NCBI GenBank assembly: GCA_020720455.1
Contig: DYOQ01000002.1
Coordinates: 23,736 to 87,735 of the forward strand
Length of the DNA: 64,000 nucleotides
From: Bdellovibrio sp.
GTDB lineage: Bacteria; Bdellovibrionota; Bacteriovoracia; Bacteriovoracales; Bacteriovoracaceae
Reading direction: 5' to 3'
Shown: positions 60,747-64,000 of the stretch, one piece after another
Position numbering within the stretch: the stretch's first letter is position 1
Layout: each line of letters opens with the position of its first letter
Program-made: the position numbers and the translations under genes
The notes under the pieces: generated by a model
Told to the model about the DNA's origin: nothing
The model's input: the letters and a program-made list of their open reading frames with translations, nothing else
Database searches by the model: none

Positions 60747-62819
60747 ATGGCAAAAAAGCCTAATTACAATCTGTTAAAAGACGAAAAATCTATTTTTTTA
60801 AACAATCGAAAAGATGACTTGGTGCACTGGCACAGGTTTGGCGTAGAGGCATTAGACATTGCGCAAAAAAACAGTTCTCCTATATTTCTTTTTATTGGAT
60901 CCGCTGCAGATTATATGTGCGACGAGTTAGCAACTGAATCATTTTTAAACGAAGAGATTGCAGCAGAACTCAATGGTAACTTTGTCTGTATCATTGTCGA
61001 TAGAGACGAGTTTCCAGATTTAGCAACACTATACTCGCGAGCGGCCTTACTTTATGGCCATGAGGGTATTCTACCCATAACAGCATTTTTAATGCCTGAC
61101 ATGAAACCATATTATGTTGGAAACTACTTCCCTGCAAAATCTGACGGGGATCAGACTGGCCTTTACGATATAATCAAAGAGCTCGCAAGCGTTTTTAAAA
61201 ATGACAAAGATAATGTTATTGAAAACGCAAATAAGGCGTGGGAGACACTTCAGCATGGTTCAACCCCAAAAGAATCGGTGAGCTTTGATGGCCATTTTCC
61301 TCATCCTATGGCCGTAATGAACGCCTTAAAGGAGTTTCAAGATAGCGCAAACGGGGGGTATGGGCCATCTCCACGCTTTCCTAATTTTTCTTTTTATGAG
61401 TGGGCATTAGAGCAGATGCTTGAAGGAATGATTGATGAACAGTTTGGGAAGCATATAATCTTTTCGCTAGAAAAAATGTTAATGGGGGGGATTGTCGATC
61501 ACGTTAGAGGAGGTATCCACAACTCTTCGAGAGATGCTAACTGGCAACTACCAACGTTCGAAAAATATTTATATAATCAGGCGGCCTTATTGAAAGTTCT
61601 GGCCAAAATGGGTTTACTCTACCCGTCACCGATTGTATTTGACTCAATCATCAAGATGCTGGATTACCTCCAAACAGAGATGCTTGGAGAGAGTGGAAAT
61701 CTTTTTTCAAGTCAAAGTGGAACAAGTGAAGGGACCCCTGGCCTCTATTTTTGTTTTAGTGAAGAGGAATTTGAACATGCTGTTATGGCAGAAAATGAAG
61801 AACAACAAAATCCAGAAATCGCTGAAAACATCGATAAGATAAAAAAATGGTTTAATATAACCAAAGATGGAAATTATACTTCGCAATTAAACACCATCAA
61901 ACTAAACCACGATTTTAAAGAGGAGATATTTACACCTAAGAGCTGGGACCTCATCCGAAAAGTTTATCATAATTTGCTCAGCGACAGAAAATTGAGAATA
62001 CCCCCAATTACTGATAATAAAAGTGTTGCCAGTGCAAACCTCTTAGTTCTTTCATCTCTAACAGATGTAGTTCAATACTGTTCTATTGATGTTATTCGTA
62101 GAACCGCATCACAACTATTCAATAAAATCCTAGACGGATTTTATGATGTTTTTTTGACAGAAAAACCTGATGGTGGCAAAACAATTATTCATACAAACAC
62201 AAGAAGTGACACACCTACTTATCTTGAAGACTATGTCTTTTTTGCTGAAGTCCAACTTCGAACATATGAAATAACAGCAAATGAGGTGTTTAAGAAAAAT
62301 TTCTTAGACACTCTAACATTTATCACCAAAGAGTTTATTGATGGCGAACAAGTTACAACAAGAAGAAAAAGAAATGATGACGTCTATGCCCACTTAAACC
62401 TAGACTGTTCACCTTTTGATGGCCCATACCGTTCAGCAAAAGCAACATTAATTGCAATAGCAAGAAGAGGGGCCGCGCTTTTTGATTCAACTGAACTACT
62501 TGACCAGCTTGAAAAAGCAAAAGAGAGACTTACTCATGACGTTTTAAAAAATCCATACCCAGCAGGAGAGGCCCTAAGAGCACTTACATATCCCGACAAC
62601 GCATATAAGGTATTAACGGTACCGGGCCAATGGACATCACTTGATAAATTTATTAAATTTACACCATATTTTATGCCAAGATTTGTCCTAAACTATCATA
62701 ATGAGAAAGAGCAGTGGTGGAAAATAGTCTCTCAAGGTAAATGCGAATTGCAAGGGAGTGGAATAGACGAACTAGTCTCTAATCTTACCCCAAAAGAAAA
62801 TGAGGCGAACTTACAATAA
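60747..62819 (+). CDS. DUF255/YyaL-type thioredoxin-fold + (alpha/alpha)6 barrel protein, redox motif degenerate
   Basis: Start taken at MAKKPNYNLLKDEKSIFL. Aligns by eye to B. subtilis YyaL (NRL..EKSPYL, VDW...GEEA, ESF.DEEIA..LN..FV.IKVDREE.PD). The CHWC motif is replaced by DYMC. Confidence 0.75.
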   Translation: MAKKPNYNLLKDEKSIFLNNRKDDLVHWHRFGVEALDIAQKNSSPIFLFIGSAADYMCDELATESFLNEEIAAELNGNFVCIIVDRDEFPDLATLYSRAALLYGHEGILPITAFLMPDMKPYYVGNYFPAKSDGDQTGLYDIIKELASVFKNDKDNVIENANKAWETLQHGSTPKESVSFDGHFPHPMAVMNALKEFQDSANGGYGPSPRFPNFSFYEWALEQMLEGMIDEQFGKHIIFSLEKMLMGGIVDHVRGGIHNSSRDANWQLPTFEKYLYNQAALLKVLAKMGLLYPSPIVFDSIIKMLDYLQTEMLGESGNLFSSQSGTSEGTPGLYFCFSEEEFEHAVMAENEEQQNPEIAENIDKIKKWFNITKDGNYTSQLNTIKLNHDFKEEIFTPKSWDLIRKVYHNLLSDRKLRIPPITDNKSVASANLLVLSSLTDVVQYCSIDVIRRTASQLFNKILDGFYDVFLTEKPDGGKTIIHTNTRSDTPTYLEDYVFFAEVQLRTYEITANEVFKKNFLDTLTFITKEFIDGEQVTTRRKRNDDVYAHLNLDCSPFDGPYRSAKATLIAIARRGAALFDSTELLDQLEKAKERLTHDVLKNPYPAGEALRALTYPDNAYKVLTVPGQWTSLDKFIKFTPYFMPRFVLNYHNEKEQWWKIVSQGKCELQGSGIDELVSNLTPKENEANLQ

Positions 62820-62913
62820 GTTAACCACTTAGTTCTATATTTTTTTTTGAAAAAACCGATAGATAGAAGATGGAATTTAGCTCCTTAACTACTATTGGTG
62901 AAAATTGGAATTT

Positions 62914-64000
62914 TTGAGAAAAAATAAAACATTTATCCTCATATCACTCATCACCATCGTGGCGACAGGAATATTTACCTATACACTCTATCAATCGAAA
63001 CAGGAGGAGTTTAAGACACAGTACATAAGCTCATTAAACCACCACTTAAATAATTTTGAACGCGATCAAAATAATATGTTCAAAAATCTTCAATATGTGA
63101 GTGAGTTCGTCGCTAGCGACACCGAAATTAACAATAGAGTAAACAGGCTATATAACTTCATGGATGAAAGTGGTAATTTGAATGAAAACACAAAACGGTC
63201 TTTAGAGCTACAACACCAAATTAATGACCGAATCCATTACTATAAAAATAAGTTTATTGATGACCCAAATCTAAAAAATCTTCACGTTCATGTTGGAAAA
63301 AAATTTAAATGCGCTTCACTCTCAAGTAACCCAGTCCTAAATGAGGCCAACAACCCTCATGATAAGACAGGCACACAAAATATCGCAATAGACGTATATG
63401 AACAAGCTATCCCACTTCAAGGTATCTTCATGCAGAATGATGAAATAATCTTTAAAGCTTTATCTCCAATTTTAAACTCAAAAACTAACGATAAATCTGT
63501 CGGCATAATCGCTGCTTTTACCACACTTGGCTTACTTGTTGAAAACTACCATAACAACGACTCTTTAGATATCGACTACGCAGTCATTCTGTATAAAAAC
63601 TTTAAAACACTAAACACATCAAACATTCACGAAGTGGAGCTATTCTCTGACGCATTAAAAGCTAAAACAAAATTTGATCCTACAATAAAAATTGATACTA
63701 TAGATAAAGATGAAGATAAAAATATAAATAACGTCATAAACACAAACAGCGCAAGCTACGTCTACTCGTATCGATATATTTATGAACAAAACAACGACCT
63801 ATACTCGGACACTCCGCCAATAGGAGTTCATCTTGTGTGGAAAAATATCACGCATGATCTTGCGCTATATAATAAAAGAAATTTAAAAAACATTGGTCAA
63901 CTCTCGACTATCCTTTTACTCTCTCTCTTCTTAATCCACTTTACGATTAAGATTTCAGAACGTTATTTACAAAAAATCATAGCTGAGCAGACTGAATCAC
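62914..64000 (+). CDS. Membrane sensor/signalling protein, N-terminal part (TM - ~300-aa periplasmic domain - TM), continues beyond window
   Basis: Own translation from TTG 62914: MRKNKTFILISLITIVATGIFTYTLY..., open to the window end. A second TM (LSTILLLSLFLIHFTI) lies near 63900, followed by ERYLQKIIAEQTES. Not in the ORF track because there is no stop. The output domain is not visible. Confidence 0.55.
   Translation, partial: MRKNKTFILISLITIVATGIFTYTLYQSKQEEFKTQYISSLNHHLNNFERDQNNMFKNLQYVSEFVASDTEINNRVNRLYNFMDESGNLNENTKRSLELQHQINDRIHYYKNKFIDDPNLKNLHVHVGKKFKCASLSSNPVLNEANNPHDKTGTQNIAIDVYEQAIPLQGIFMQNDEIIFKALSPILNSKTNDKSVGIIAAFTTLGLLVENYHNNDSLDIDYAVILYKNFKTLNTSNIHEVELFSDALKAKTKFDPTIKIDTIDKDEDKNINNVINTNSASYVYSYRYIYEQNNDLYSDTPPIGVHLVWKNITHDLALYNKRNLKNIGQLSTILLLSLFLIHFTIKISERYLQKIIAEQTES

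Noticed and set aside
1-64000. Mobile elements, prophage, CRISPR arrays, rRNA/tRNA genes, toxin-antitoxin or classical defence systems
   Set aside because: No transposase, integrase, recombinase, phage structural, Cas, restriction-modification or small paired TA-like ORFs were recognised. No spaced direct-repeat arrays were seen. The absence is by eye only.

Overview
AT-rich (by eye, not computed), very gene-dense bacterial chromosomal segment. It holds about 50 protein genes, mostly on the minus strand, with many start/stop overlaps and frequent GTG/TTG starts. I found no rRNA, tRNA, CRISPR array, transposase or integrase. Gram-negative envelope markers are present: lipoproteins, an OMP beta-barrel, a GT9 heptosyltransferase, a type IV pilin-like gene and System II cytochrome c biogenesis. 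Together with a CdaA-CdaR-GlmM c-di-AMP module, a chlamydia-like SWIB protein and several secreted hydrolases, these suggest a Bdellovibrio-and-like predatory lineage (inference only). Housekeeping content: a Yej/Opp-type peptide ABC importer, HU, an Rrf2 + NifS-like desulfurase pair, tsaE, nnr, glmM, pyrD, dnaE, proC, a very long putA, cmk, ccsA and a lytic transglycosylase. The most interesting region is a ten-gene, translationally coupled minus-strand operon (34208-44310). It encodes a fused carboxyltransferase, two KAS III enzymes, a dedicated carrier protein, an adenylating ligase, two reductases, two paralogous membrane-anchored hexapeptide-repeat proteins and a hybrid kinase with a CxxCH sensor. 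The two membrane proteins resemble free-standing Pls/PosA-type terminal modules. Other notable items: a 1926-aa mosaic lipoprotein (Cys-motif cadherin-like modules + FGE-sulfatase-like domain + five C-terminal repeats), a histone-H1-like/SWIB fusion next to a GNAT, and a PilZ-GAF enhancer-binding-like regulator lacking GAFTGA at the head of the c-di-AMP operon. All family assignments rest on motifs read by eye and recalled family knowledge; no searches were run.
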